DNA from: Octopus sinensis
Lineage: Eukaryota
DNA: 64,000 nucleotides
Direction: 5' to 3'
Assembly (NCBI RefSeq): GCF_006345805.1
Contig: NC_042997.1
Span: forward strand, 172,670,001-172,734,000
Shown: piece by piece, positions 36,090-49,220 of the stretch
Numbering within the stretch: the stretch's first letter is position 1
Layout: every line of letters starts with the position of its first letter
Translations under genes and position numbers: made by a program
The notes under the pieces: generated by a model
The model's input: only the letters and a program-made list of their open reading frames with translations
The model's database searches: none
What the model was told of the DNA's origin: nothing

Positions 36090-36385
36090 ACGTCCATTTT
36101 TCATGCTAGCATAGGTTGGATGGTTAGACTGGGGTCTGGGAAGCCAGGAGACTGCACCAGACTCCAGTCTGATCTGGCAGTGTTTCTACAGCTGGATGCC
36201 CTTCCTAACGCCAACCATTCCGTGAGTGTAGTGGGTGCGTTTTACATGCCAGGTGAGGCTGGCAATGGCCACGATCGGTTGGTGATTTTTGCGTGCCACC
36301 GGCACGGTGGCCAATCGAGGCAGTGCTGGCAACAGCCACATTCGGATGGTTCTTTTACGTGCCACCGGCACTGGTATCACAACTA
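36090..36385 (-). mobile_element. SINE family B
   Basis: Family core and (GAT)n tail. Confidence 0.85.
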
Positions 36386-36839
36386 TTAATCGTGAATTAT
36401 CTTGTAGCTTTGAGATTTCAAAGATGTGACCATTTACTTTTAGAATGGCATTGTTGTGTATGTGTCAGAGTGTGGATTTGGCTGGTTTGAACTTAAAACA
36501 GAATATTTGGCCTGGGTATAGCTGGTTTAAATGCTAAAGGGTTAAAACAGTATTATTTTGATGCTAAGTCTCCTCCTGCTGAAAACCATGTGTGGCGTTT
36601 GATTGTGCACAGCAATCTATTGTTTTGCTGTCATATTTAGTCTTGCATGATTATCTGTTGATTTATAATTATTTTATGGCATGTATTTTAAATTCTTTAT
36701 TCTTTATGTTCAGTCTCTACTTTATTATTTATTTAATTTATTTTTTTTAAATTTTCAGTGTTCATTTTCTGATAAATTAATTTCGTTGAATACAAAAACA
36801 GTGAAATTATCTTGACGATTACGTTCAATTTGGATATGT

Positions 36840-37985
36840 ACTGCTCTGGAAATCTGATACAGAGGTATCCCAAGGCGTTGTAATATGTTTTGGGATTCTG
36901 AGCAATGATGCAATTCACCCCACACATTTAGAACATCATCTGATAACACATTCTGATTTAGCTGATAAACCATGGGAAGTCTTTCAGTTACAAATTCACT
37001 CATTAAAACATGGTAAAATGGACATTTGTGGATCATTTCATTCACAGACATGAAAAGCTGTCGAAGCATCACATGAAATGGCCTTATTGATTGCAAATAT
37101 CAAAAAATGCCGTCACAGGGAAAGATTCTCATAAAACCAAGTTTATTGTGAGCATTAAAACTCATCATTGGTAAGGACTGTACAAATAAACTTTGTGTCA
37201 AATAATACTGTCATGGATAGGACTGCCAAAATGTCCGTGGGCCTCAAAAATCAAGTTCTTGACTAATTAAGATCTTCTGTGTTTACCACTCATTTGGATG
37301 AAATGATTGACATTGTTCAATGCTTGCCACTAATTGTTTGTTAGTCTCATCTCAGACAATAGTCTTAAAGAAGAATGCTATTTTTTTCATTCCATAGAAA
37401 ATTTTGCAATGTCACAGATATTTTTCAAGTAGTTATGAAGTTCTTTTTTAGTACAACCAGCTTTTAGTAAAACTGGCTCTTTTGTAGGGATCTCTACTGA
37501 TGGAAGCTCAATAATACTTAGTATGCAACCTGCTTATATAAAAGCAGTGTAAGAAAAAAAACCCCCATTATCTGAAAATATGCATTGCATCCTTCATCAG
37601 GAATTGGAAGATGTAATGAACCTAGCTGCTAAGGCAGTCAGTTTTATTAAAGCTAGATTTTTATGCAATCATCTCTTCAAAAGATTGTGTAAGATATGGA
37701 TTCAGAGAATCAAACTCAATTTTTTCATATGAATATGTAATGGCTTTCAAATGGAAACATGCTTTGAAGGCTATATGAATTATAAGAGGTGGCAATATTT
37801 CTAAATTCACATTAGAAAGCAGATCTACCCGATAAGTTTAGATTAAAAGAATTTGTTTTCTGCCTCTTGCACATGTAGTGAACATCTTTGATGGAACTCT
37901 CAATTCACTTAACCTTAAAGTTCAAGAAGAAAATATGAACATAATTTTGCACCATAATTTTATTCAAATCTTCATGACTGCTGTG
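36840..37985 (+). pseudogene. Decayed hAT Buster/Charlie-type transposase
   Basis: CVICFGILSNDA..HL.....DLADKP...KAVEASHEMALLIA...SNNTV..R....LDE motifs across frameshifts. Confidence 0.75.
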
Positions 37986-37987
37986 TG

Positions 37988-38336
37988 AAAGCATGTGGCC
38001 TAGTGCTTAGGATGCTGCACTCACGATTGTCAGATAGTGGGTTCAATTCCTGGACCAGGTGGTGCTCTAGTGTTGTGTATCAAAGAATAGACTCAACAGT
38101 TTCTCTGCATGTCGTAAAAGGCAACTGAAAATGGTTGAGGTAGGATTTGCACTTTGACCTCATAAAACCCTCACCAGCAACAGACCCATGGGTTGGAGGG
38201 TTGTCACCTGAGTGGTGCAAAGGTTATCCACCGGGAGTAGGGAATCACAAACAAATGGTGGACGCCGCAATGTGCATTCTACCATACTACTACTACTACT
38301 ACCACCACAACCACCACCACCACCACCACCACCACC

Positions 38337-38377
<41 letters not shown>

Positions 38378-38440
38378 ATAATTAAACCTCAGCTTGAATT
38401 TTGACAAAAGATCCAGCCGATTCTTACTAACTTGGATTAT
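37988..38440 (+). mobile_element. SINE family G, longer copy
   Basis: Homologous to 33595-34005 with an extra ~120-nt middle. Confidence 0.7.
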
Positions 38441-38844
38441 TATGCTGTCAACGATAATTTCCGTACTTCAATATAAAACATGCCTGAGTATGGCCACAGC
38501 TCGTGAGCTGAAACTAGATAAAATAAATAAAAAAATTTTTTTAGAATAAATAAATCACTCATCTAATAGGATTAATCAGATACTTTGCAAATATCTATGT
38601 TTGTAAAGTATATTTATAAAGAAACAAATGTCAGTGTGAGGAAATCTGATGTTTCTGATGAAGTCCGAGAAAGGTTTCTTGAGTTAAGTTTAGTACATCA
38701 GCTGAAGAAGACTACGAAACACTTGATATAGAAATATTCTGGATGAAATACCTTCCTATTCATCTCTTGATATCAAATTGGTCTTTTAAAATTCTGTTGT
38801 TTGTTTCTTTGTAAAGCCGCATTTTCAGTGCTTGCTGCTGTCAA

Positions 38845-39305
38845 TACTAAATTCTGAATGCCTTACTTCTCTGGGCATAGATACATTGAAACTCCGACAT
38901 CTGGCAGCTGACTTGGCAGACACCCATAAAATTATTAACCATCTTACAAACAATAACTCTGAGCACCTTTTCAAACTCCACCTGTCTAAAGTCAGAAAAC
39001 AGCACAGCTCCCATGACTTTCGGAAACATTTTTACACTCTAAGAGTTACTGAAGTATGGAACAAACCGCCGGCATCAGTTGTTAGTTGTCGGAGCACTGC
39101 ATCCTTCAAAACTTCCATGCTTCCTGAGATTCGCCAACACTACACCTGATTTTCTCCCCTCCATACACATGCAAGCATGTATCTGACTCATACACTGTTC
39201 ACTTCCCAGACATTTGTACATTACTGCATATGCTTTATACGCACTTTTGACAAGTTGTGGTGCACATGAGTACTGTATACAATAATTTCATTATTATTAT
39301 TATAA
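38845..39305 (+). pseudogene. CR1 LINE 3' fragment
   Basis: Closely matches 26040-26515; (ATT)n tail. Confidence 0.9.
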
Positions 39306-39603
39306 ATACAGAAACAAGCTGAATGTCAAAACAGACTTATGCTGTACTCTAACAACAATTTAATCATGCATTCAAAACCTTGTAGCTATGAGGCAATGTC
39401 AGGTGTGTCATTAAATTTTATGTCAATAATATATTTCTTTTTCGAAATTTTTTGGTAGTCACTGGTTCTGCTAATCTCATATTTCAATTGCATTTTTTTT
39501 TCATTTCATATTATGTTTATGATTTTTAATAAATCTGTTTTAATTAGATATGTTGTATATATGATTGTTGGCTTTACTCTTTATTATCGATACTATTATT
39601 ATA

Positions 39604-39672
<69 letters not shown>

Positions 39673-40145
39673 GAGTGAGAGAGCACTTCATGCCATCAAA
39701 GTGACACTGGGGTAAAATATACAAAGCCCAATACACCCACCATGACTACCGTCTGATAAGGGTACACCAGGCACATGCATCACAACCATATGTGCGCAAC
39801 ATGGTGATCTCATATCAAGATAAACAGCACATGACTTTGCGGGTGGGGCCCAGTTAGAATTTTCTTCTGGTTGGGTAACCCATCCCACTCAAAAGGTCCC
39901 TGATTAAGGGTTGTTTAAGGATGTTGAATGAAACACCCATGTTTCCAGAGGTGAATCATTCAAACCCCAAAGAATCCCTCTCAACACATGGCTATGATGC
40001 TTCCCCACTACTTCTACTCGTGATCAGAGATGCACATATCGTCAGCCACTAAGGAACATGCTCAACTGGTTACGGTCAAACAACTGACAAGCAAATCTGT
40101 GGTATTGAGCAGAATATTTGCTGTAGCCCATCTTTTATACCAAGA

Positions 40146-40185
<40 letters not shown>

Positions 40186-40212
40186 GTTGTTGTTGTTGTT
40201 GTTGTTGTTGTT

Positions 40213-40260
<48 letters not shown>

Positions 40261-40362
40261 GAGTGAGCGAGCAGAGCATGCCATCAAAGTGACACTGGGG
40301 TAAAATATACGAAGCCCAGTATACCCATCATGACTACCCGTCTGATAAGGGTACACCAGGCA
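39673..40362 (-). mobile_element. SINE-like family F: 5'-truncated copy (39673-40146) plus 3' fragment (40260-40362) in (AAT/AAC)n
   Basis: Homology to 11600-12075. Confidence 0.85.
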
Positions 40363-40499
40363 TTATTATTATTATTGTTGTTTTTATTATTATTATTATT
40401 ATTATTATTAATATTATTTGATGAAAACTGTTGGCTTATTTTGCTGGGAATGATAGAAAGTGCCAGCTGTCTACAGCCAGCAGGCTAAGGTAACACTTG

Positions 40500-41030
40500 T
40501 TTACTTGTCAAGCTCCAAGAACCCTGCAAAGAATTCCTGCAGTTCCAAGCAATACTGATTTTTGTAGGTGTTCTATCCTTATTTTGCACCACTCTTTTTG
40601 CGCCATGTTGATAGTTGAGTGCTGATACTTCCAAATGCACCGATTGCTATTGGTATTGAATCTAGTCTCCTCATTGTCCAAAACATTCATATTTCCTACT
40701 TCAAATCTTCATAATTGTTCAATTTTCCTTCTTTTTTTCTCTTTGATCCTGGTGTCTCAGGACATGCTATGTCGATTATCATACAATTTTTTTCTTTTTT
40801 ATTCATCATAATAATGTCTGGTTTCCAATGTTTTGTCAGGTGATTTCACTGAATCATTCCACAGTATTTTGCAATCTTCATTCTCAGTGACTTCTTCTGC
40901 GGTTTTCTCATACCACATCTTTGCTCCTTGTTGGTTGTAGTTTCCACAGTGCTCCCTCTGGATCATTCTTGCCACATTGTCATGTCAGCTTTTGGATTCG
41001 TGTTGTAGTACCTTCACATAGACACATATG
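40500..41030 (-). pseudogene. R4/Dong-like LINE RLE 3' fragment
   Basis: KILWND...TRPDI...IIDIACP...HLQKSVLLGTAGILCRVL. Confidence 0.8.
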
Positions 41031-41064
41031 TCTTCACATTTACACATAGACATATCTTTCTTTT

Positions 41065-41269
41065 ACTTTCTTTTATTTGTTTCAATCATTTGACTGTGGC
41101 CATGCTGGAGCACCACCTTTAGTTGAACAAATCAACCGCAGTAATTATTATTTGTAAGCCTAGTACTTATTGTATCGGATCTCTTTTGCCAAACTGCTAA
41201 GTTACGGGGGCGTGAACACACCAACATTGGTTGTCAAGCGATGGTGGTGGGGACAAACACAGACACACA

Positions 41270-41304
<35 letters not shown>

Positions 41305-41350
41305 CGCACACACACACATCTGTATATATATGACGGGCTTCTTTCGATTG
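41065..41350 (-). mobile_element. SINE family A 3' part
   Basis: Family homology. Confidence 0.8.
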
Positions 41351-41559
41351 TTTTTATTTCAATTGGTGGGATTCTTCTGTAATTTGTTTATATTCATATG
41401 TTAAAGATATTTTATAATCCACATCATTAATTGGTAAACCATGATGTTTGAGCTGCATGCAGATTGGACAAAATCATATTCCAAACATACATACATACAC
41501 ACACATACATACACACACAAACATACATACATACATGCATACATACATACATACATATA

Positions 41560-41756
41560 TCTTTTATCTTTTACTTGTTTCAGTCATTAACTGTGGCCAT
41601 GCTGGGGCACCACTTTAAGAATTTTAGTTCAACTTATTGACTTCAATACTTATTTTTTGTAAGGCCTGTTACTTATTCTATTGGGCTCTTTTGCTGATCC
41701 GCTAAATTATGGGGACATAAATACACCAACACTAGTTGTTAAGCAGTGGAGGGAGA

Positions 41757-41802
<46 letters not shown>

Positions 41803-41970
41803 ACAGGCTTCTTTCAGTTTCCATCTATCAAATCCACTCATAAAGCTTTGATCAGCTCGAGGCTATAGTAGAAGACATTTGCCCAAGTTATCACACAGGC
41901 TGACAGAACCCAAAACCATACAGTTGAGAAGCAAGCTTCTTACCACACAGCCATGCCTATAGCCACGCCT
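41560..41970 (-). mobile_element. SINE family A
   Basis: Family homology. Confidence 0.8.
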
Positions 41971-42039
41971 ACACCCATTATCATCAATAATAATGAAATA
42001 TGTATTACATACATATATATGTGTGTGTGTGTGTGTATA

Positions 42040-42116
<77 letters not shown>

Positions 42117-42119
42117 TAT

Positions 42120-42495
42120 ATGTCTGTGCCGGTGGCACGTTAAAAGTACCATTCAAACGTGATTGTTACCTGTGTCGCCTTACTGGCATGTGAAAAAACA
42201 TTCGAGTGGGGTTGTTGCCAGTGCTGCTGGACTGGCTCCTGTGCAGATGGCACATAAAAAACACCACTTGAGCGTGGCCGTTGCCAGTACCGCCTGACTG
42301 GCACTCGTGTCGGTGGCAAGTAAAAGCACTCACTACACTCTCAGAGTGGTTGGCGTTAGGAAGGGCATCCAGCTGTAGAAACTCTGCCAGATCAGATTGG
42401 AGTCTGGTGAAGTCATCTGGTTCACCAGTCCTCAGTCAAATCGTCCAACCCATGCTAGCATGGAAAGCAGACGTTAAACGATGATGATGATGATA
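42120..42495 (+). mobile_element. SINE family B
   Basis: Three diverged internal units, core and (GAT)n tail. Confidence 0.85.
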
Positions 42496-43446
42496 TATAT
42501 ATATGTATATATATGCATGTGTGTGTGTGTACATACATACATACACACATACATACATACATTCATACATACATACATACATACATATTTATAGCTTCAG
42601 AAAATTATAAACCATGGTTTGATAGTCTTTTTATTCATATATGTACAAGTATGTACAAATATATATGAATATGGTCACACATATACTACTACATGCATCA
42701 ACATACATACATAACCACACACATTAACAATACTTATACACACACTGACACAGACACAGACGCACATGCACACACTTATGAACATGCTCTCACATGTATG
42801 TATATATATGCACACACTCATATACACACAGTTATAAGCTAGCATACACACATGTGTTTATATGCACATGTATACACATTCTCACACAGCGCATAGAAAT
42901 ACATTGCTCAACACATGCCCATAACCATTGAAATTGTGCCCATAAATATGCAGATACCCACAAAAACATGTTTGTGTGTGTGTAGGTAAGTGTGTGTGAG
43001 TGGTATATGTTAGTTTACACGCACATGTATGCGTGGGGAGGATGTGTGTATGTGTGTGTGTGTGTGTGGCTTCATTCTCATGACATCATTCATGGGAGGT
43101 TTCTGCTTCTGTTGGTCTGTTAGGCTGCAGTTTGGGCAGTGAGGCATGTAGACATGCATCAGAATACATATGTACATGCATACATGCGTACATACATATA
43201 CATACATACATACATACATACAGTCATACATACATACATACATACATACATACATACACACATATATATTTCTATATATACTTCTCTCTTTCTCCCTCTC
43301 TCTCTCTCTTTATCTCTCTCTCACTCTCACTTTCTCTCTTTCTCTTTCTCTCTCTCTCTCTCTATGTGTTTGTATGTGTGAGTGCGTGTGTGTAAACAAA
43401 TATAGAACATATATACATTTGTATATATACTTGTCTCTCTCTCACG

Positions 43447-43482
<36 letters not shown>

Positions 43483-43860
43483 ATATATATATATATATAT
43501 ATATGTAGATATATATACATATATATACACACACACATAGTATATACAAAATATATATATCATATAATAAATACATAAGATATTATATAATATATATATG
43601 CATGTATGTATGTATGTATGTATGTATGTATATATGTATGTATGCATCTATATATATATATATATATATAAAATAGATCTCTATTTATCTATATATATAT
43701 ATATATGTATTTACTTGTCTGTGTGTATGGATGTATGTATGTGTGTGTATATATATATGTAATATATATATATTTATATCTATATACATGTATATATAGA
43801 TATATATATATATATATACTATATATATATACATACACACACTCACACACACATACATGC

Positions 43861-43902
<42 letters not shown>

Positions 43903-44227
43903 CTGATAACTGTGTAACAATATTGATAAATTTTCATTTTGAAGCAAAGAATGGCAAAGCCAAAGCTGTGAGCCAGGAAGCGAATGGAACTAAACCAAGC
44001 ATCCAAGCTGAGGCCGAGCGAATGGCATTGAGTAGATTGGATGTAAGTTTTGACAGGATGAGAACAGAGATCATCAATCACAGACACGAAGAATCTTTGA
44101 AGGTGAAAATAATAACAGTAACAATAACAACAACAACGATAATAATAATACTAGTAATAATAATACTAATGATGATAATAATGATGACAAGTAAAACTAT
44201 AAATATTGATAGTAATAATAATAATAA

Positions 44228-44258
<31 letters not shown>

Positions 44259-44377
44259 AATGATTAATAATAATAATAATAATAATAATAAAAATAATAA
44301 CAATAACAATAATAACAATAATGATAATAATAATAATAATAATAATATAATAATAATGATAATGATAATAATATATA

Positions 44378-44418
<41 letters not shown>

Positions 44419-44619
44419 TAATAATAATAATAATAATATAATAATAATAATAATAATAATAATGACAATAGCAGCAATAATAATGATAACAATAACAATA
44501 ATAAAAGTTGTAATAATAATATAATGATAACAATAGTAATAATAATAATAATAACCACAATTCCAATAAGAATAATAATATGATAATAATGCTGCTGCTG
44601 ATGTTTATGATGATAATAA

Positions 44620-44684
<65 letters not shown>

Positions 44685-44799
44685 TGATGATGTTAACAGT
44701 AACAGTCCTAAAAACCATAATGATAATAATAATGACAATCATAACAATAACAACAACAACAACAACAGCATCAACAACAACGTCAACAACAATATATGC

Positions 44800-44832
<33 letters not shown>

Positions 44833-44885
44833 TATATGCATATGTGTGTGCGTGTGCATGTATGTATTTATTTGTTTTACAAATA

Positions 44886-44917
<32 letters not shown>

Positions 44918-45734
44918 CCATTTATTATATGTGTGTTGTGTTATATATATATATATATATATACATGTAGAGGTAGGTAGGTACATATATAATATATATA
45001 TATATATATATATACAGACACATACACATACACATATGTAAAACAAATAAATGCAATAAAATAAAATATATAGAAAAAAAACCGTTGCCATCCATAGCTG
45101 ATCTAATGAAGACTGATTCTTGATTCCCTGAAACTGGGTGGAGCATGTGAAAGGCTCCTTTGCCATGCCTGGCTGCATCTTCTTTGGTCTCAACAAGCCA
45201 ATCCATCTCTGTCAAACCCCTCCCCTCCAAAATGGGTGTTCTACTTTTGTTGTTTTCTTTCTTTTTTTCCTTCTTCTCTCTTTCATTGCTTGCCCACATA
45301 CCCCGTCCCTGCCGCCCACCTCACCCTCCACCGTCTCTTCTGTTGCACTGCTTGCCACCCAGTGCAGTATTGCGTTTGTGTTTCTGCCGTGTTGCCATTG
45401 CCATTCGTTGGGTATTTGGGATGCAGGTTTAGGGTTGGCTGTACCTTCTTTTTTTTTCTTTCCCCCCTTTACAACCCCCCCCCAGTGTCTTCCCCCCCCC
45501 AACTTCTTCATCCTCAACCAGCTTTGTTTTCAATGGGAATGGACTTATGTGACATTGGAATACCACAAATAGAAGAAATCTAAAGTGTAATGGGTGGGAA
45601 TGAGGTGTGGAAAGTGGAGAGAGTTAGAAGAATATACAAAAAAACAAAACAAATGTTGATGGTAACAGTAATGGTGGTGGAGGTGGTGGGATGAAAATAT
45701 CTGCTTTTAATTATTTTCTAAGATCATATATATA

Positions 45735-45775
<41 letters not shown>

Positions 45776-45845
45776 GCATATATATGTATATGTATATATA
45801 TGTAAATGTAGATATATGTATATGTATATATATGTATATGTATAC

Positions 45846-45890
<45 letters not shown>

Positions 45891-46111
45891 ATATACACAT
45901 ACATATATGTATATAACATACACATACTTGTATATATTATATACATAATATATATATATATATATATGCATATATATGTATATGTATATATATGTAAAAA
46001 TGTATATATATGTAAATGTATATATATGTATATGTATATATATGTATATGTATACATATATATATAATATATATACACATACATATATGTATATATACAT
46101 ACACATACTTG

Positions 46112-46157
<46 letters not shown>

Positions 46158-46306
46158 ATACATTTGGATTGTGTGTATACTTATATGTATTTATGCATAT
46201 ATGTCTTCATGCATGGGTCTGTATATGAATGTATGTTTATGGTTGAGGTAAGCCTATAACAGCTGTACAGTTCCAGATATGTTTGCAAACCTCATTTCTA
46301 TTTGTG

Positions 46307-46359
<53 letters not shown>

Positions 46360-46360
46360 A
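42495..46360. repeat. ~3.9-kb microsatellite mosaic: (CATA)n, (CA)n, (CT)n, (TA)n, ~650-bp (AAT)n; two unique islands (43900-44110, 45080-45660)
   Basis: Directly visible. Confidence 0.97.
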
Positions 46361-46362
46361 CA

Positions 46363-46958
46363 CAGGCATACCTTGGCTTAAGTTGTTTCAGTTTAAGTTG
46401 TTCTCGATTATATGTTGTTTTCAAAAATATATGGAAAAATAAAAATCAAGGTATGTCATTTTACTCGACTTTATGTCATTGTCACTTGTGATTCCCACAA
46501 TGGTTTCAAATTCAGATTTGATTATGCCTGTTTATCGGCTGCTTTTTCATTCTTATTTATTTGTGACTATTTTTTGCCCCGGTGGCTCCTAAGAAAATTC
46601 ATAGTGAAAGTGCTAAGCATCATGCTATAATGTGGGAAGATAAACTGCCTACAATAAAACATCACAAGAAAGGCGAAAAACTGGTAGCAATTGCACAATC
46701 TTTTGGGATAAGTTGGACAACTGTGTTGGTGATTGTATATAATAAGGACAAGGTTTTAACACACATCAAACACACCAAACCATGTTTTATTGAAAATGCA
46801 TTCATAAATAAGCACAGACCTGGGAATGGTTATTGCTGGTTTAGCCTAGAGACAAGTAAATTCGGCCTAGCATAGCTTAGAGACAAGTTAATTCAACTTA
46901 ACCAGTTAACAACGTAGGGTCTCCTGGAACCAATTAACAATGTAGGGTGAGGTATACT
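46363..46958 (+). mobile_element. Tigger/pogo deletion derivative
   Basis: TIR caggcatacc... / ...gtgaggtatact; CENP-B-like HTH (KGEKLVAIAQSFGISWTTV). Confidence 0.8.
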
Positions 46959-47355
46959 CTTTTACTCTTTTACATGTTTCAGTCATTTGACTGCGGCCAT
47001 GCTGGAGCACCGCCTTTAGTCGAGCAACTCGATCCCGGGACTTATTCTTTGTAAGCCCAGTACTTATTCTATCGGTCTCTTTTGCTGAACTGCTAAGTGA
47101 CGGGGACGTAAACACACCAGCATCGGTTATCAAGCAATGCTAGTTGGACAAACACAGACACACAAACATACATGCACACATATATACATATATACGACAG
47201 GCTTCTTTCAGTTTCTGTCTACCAAATCCACTCACAAGGCTTTGGTCAGCCCAAGGCTATAGTAGAACTTGCCCAAGGTGCCAAGCAGTGGGACTGAACC
47301 CGGAACCATGTGGTTGGTAAGCAAGCTACTTACCACACAGCCGCTCCTGCGCCTA
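46958..47355 (-). mobile_element. SINE family A, full length
   Basis: Family homology. Confidence 0.9.
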
Positions 47356-47358
47356 TAC

Positions 47359-47391
<33 letters not shown>

Positions 47392-47392
<1 letters not shown>

Positions 47393-47715
47393 TGCTGTGT
47401 CTGGGGAGAGTCATTCTCTTTTAGTGCCTTATAATTTAACACACTCACCGATAAAATTTCCACTTATTTCTTTTATATTTTTCTAACATTTTTGTTGTGT
47501 GTTCCATCATTTTCAATAGTTAAAAGTGTTGAAAAGGTTGCAAGACACAACGAAAATTTTAGAAAAATAAAAAAGAAATAAGTGGAAATTTTATTGGTGA
47601 GTGTGTTGAATTATAAGGCACTAAAAGAGAATGACACTCCCCAGACACAACAGAATATGCTTCAACACGCGAACTCACATAAAGAAACTTGCAAACCGAA
47701 TCCAAAAACGATATA
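47392..47715. mobile_element. Hairpin element (arms 47392-47653) plus ~60-nt tail, next to (TA)n; same architecture as 3400-3690
   Basis: ctgctgtgtctggggagagtcattctc... / ...gagaatgacactccccagacacaacag. Confidence 0.8.
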
Positions 47716-48669
47716 TACACATACACACAGGGTACAATAAATATATTGTTGTTTAAATTACGATAAAATGAAAATAACACTGACATCTCATTTTAACAGA
47801 TATATTTACCAAAATTACATAAAAATATATATATATCTATTCAATAAAATCGCCATTGGCTTCAACCAGATGACTTCGGAATCTCCTGAAGCTCTTCTGG
47901 ATGGTCTCCTTGTTTAAGGTAGTGAATGCTGCCATAATCCTTGCCTTTTGTTCATCTTTGGTGTTACAAAGAGTTTTGTTGGTCACTTGCTCAACTGTGT
48001 CATACACATTTTAATCAAGAGGGTTGCAGTCTGGGGAGTTAGGTGGCCAGATGTTAGGGGTGATGTATTAGGTTGGCAACTAAGTTCCTGCCGTTTTTTT
48101 TAATTTAAATTTTTTAAAAGGTTTAATAAAAAATAACAAGTAATTAATCAATAATGTATTCACCTTTGTTGTTTACAACTTCTTCCCAACGTTCAACAAG
48201 ATTTTCAATATCTCGTTGGTAGATATCACCTGATTTTGACTCAAAAAATTGATCCAATCAAGCTCTCAATTCTGCATCAGAATTGAACGAAACTCTGCGC
48301 ATAGCATTTGAAAGAGATCAAAAGAGGTGGAAATCCATTGGTGCCAAATCAGGAGAGTACGGCGGATGTGGCAGCACTTCGCAGCCATGCATTTAAATGG
48401 CTTCCTTGGTCATATTGGCAATATGAGGGCGGGCGTTGTTGTGCAACAGAACTCCATGCTGATGATTAGGTCTTTTCTCTTTAATAGCCTTGTTGAGTCG
48501 TTCGATCTGTTGAACATAGAGTTCCATGTTGACCGTTTGGTTCTGTTCAAGTAATTCCTAATGGATAATCCCTTCCCAGTCCCACCATATGCACAACATC
48601 GTTTTACGCGATCTTGTTTCACACGCAGTGTCGCTGTTTACTGGGGCTAAGCCATTCCTTACATGCTTC

Positions 48670-48701
<32 letters not shown>

Positions 48702-48760
48702 ATATATATATAATACATATACATATATACATATATATATTATATATATATATATATATA

Positions 48761-49201
48761 ACATAAGGGGCATCAGCCATCTGAATGTGGCTAGGGACAG
48801 GGCAGGGTGGTGGGGGTGTTACTGATGCATTTAGCCCCAGGTGATCATCGACGGTTTTTCTACATCAGTAAATGTGTTTACTGTGAAAATCCTTAAATAT
48901 ATAGCCTGTACGGAGAGTCATTCGTCGGAGAACGGTGCTTACCATGCGTTGATAAGAGGCAAATACCTTGAAACCTGGTCCGTATGTGGTATCCGCGTCT
49001 TCGGGGAATAATCTCCCTTTGCAGGCTAGAGGACACCGAGATGGTGTCAGCCCTCCTGGTGATGTCGATGATCGCCTGGGGCTAAATGCATCAGTAACAC
49101 CCCCACCACCCTGCCCTGTCCCTAGCCACATTCAGATGGCTGATGCCCCTTATGTTATAGAGCAGTTAATGTTTATATCTCGTTTAGAGATTTATTATTG
49201 C
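48761..49201 (+). mobile_element. Retrozyme-like element: ~350-nt monomer with HHR, preceded by a 92-bp inverted copy
   Basis: 48761-48852 matches the reverse complement of 49064-49155 at 91/92; homologous to 52103-52563. Confidence 0.75.
48943..48986 (+). ncRNA. Type I hammerhead ribozyme, U3-A8 variant, GUC cleavage site (after 48980)
   Basis: CATGCG TTGATAA GAGG-caaata-CCTT GAAA CCTG GTC CGTATG. Confidence 0.75.
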
Positions 49202-49220
49202 TATATATATATACATATAT

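Noticed and set aside
45110-45583. Kinase-like C-terminal exon (LCHAWL...MDLCDIGIPQIEEI*)
   Set aside because: In-frame stops lie immediately upstream, there is no usable acceptor, and the middle is low complexity.
42495-46360. Many 70-190 aa ORFs (YI, HT, poly-I/L/N)
   Set aside because: These are translations of microsatellites that lack stop codons; the same applies at 33672-34034, 41863-42193, 51684-52189 and 56434-56835.
48761-49155. Young TA-flanked MITE with 92-bp TIRs
   Set aside because: Homology to the 52103 element continues past the right-hand repeat to 49201, so the left repeat is better explained as an inverted copy in a retro-insertion than as a true TIR.
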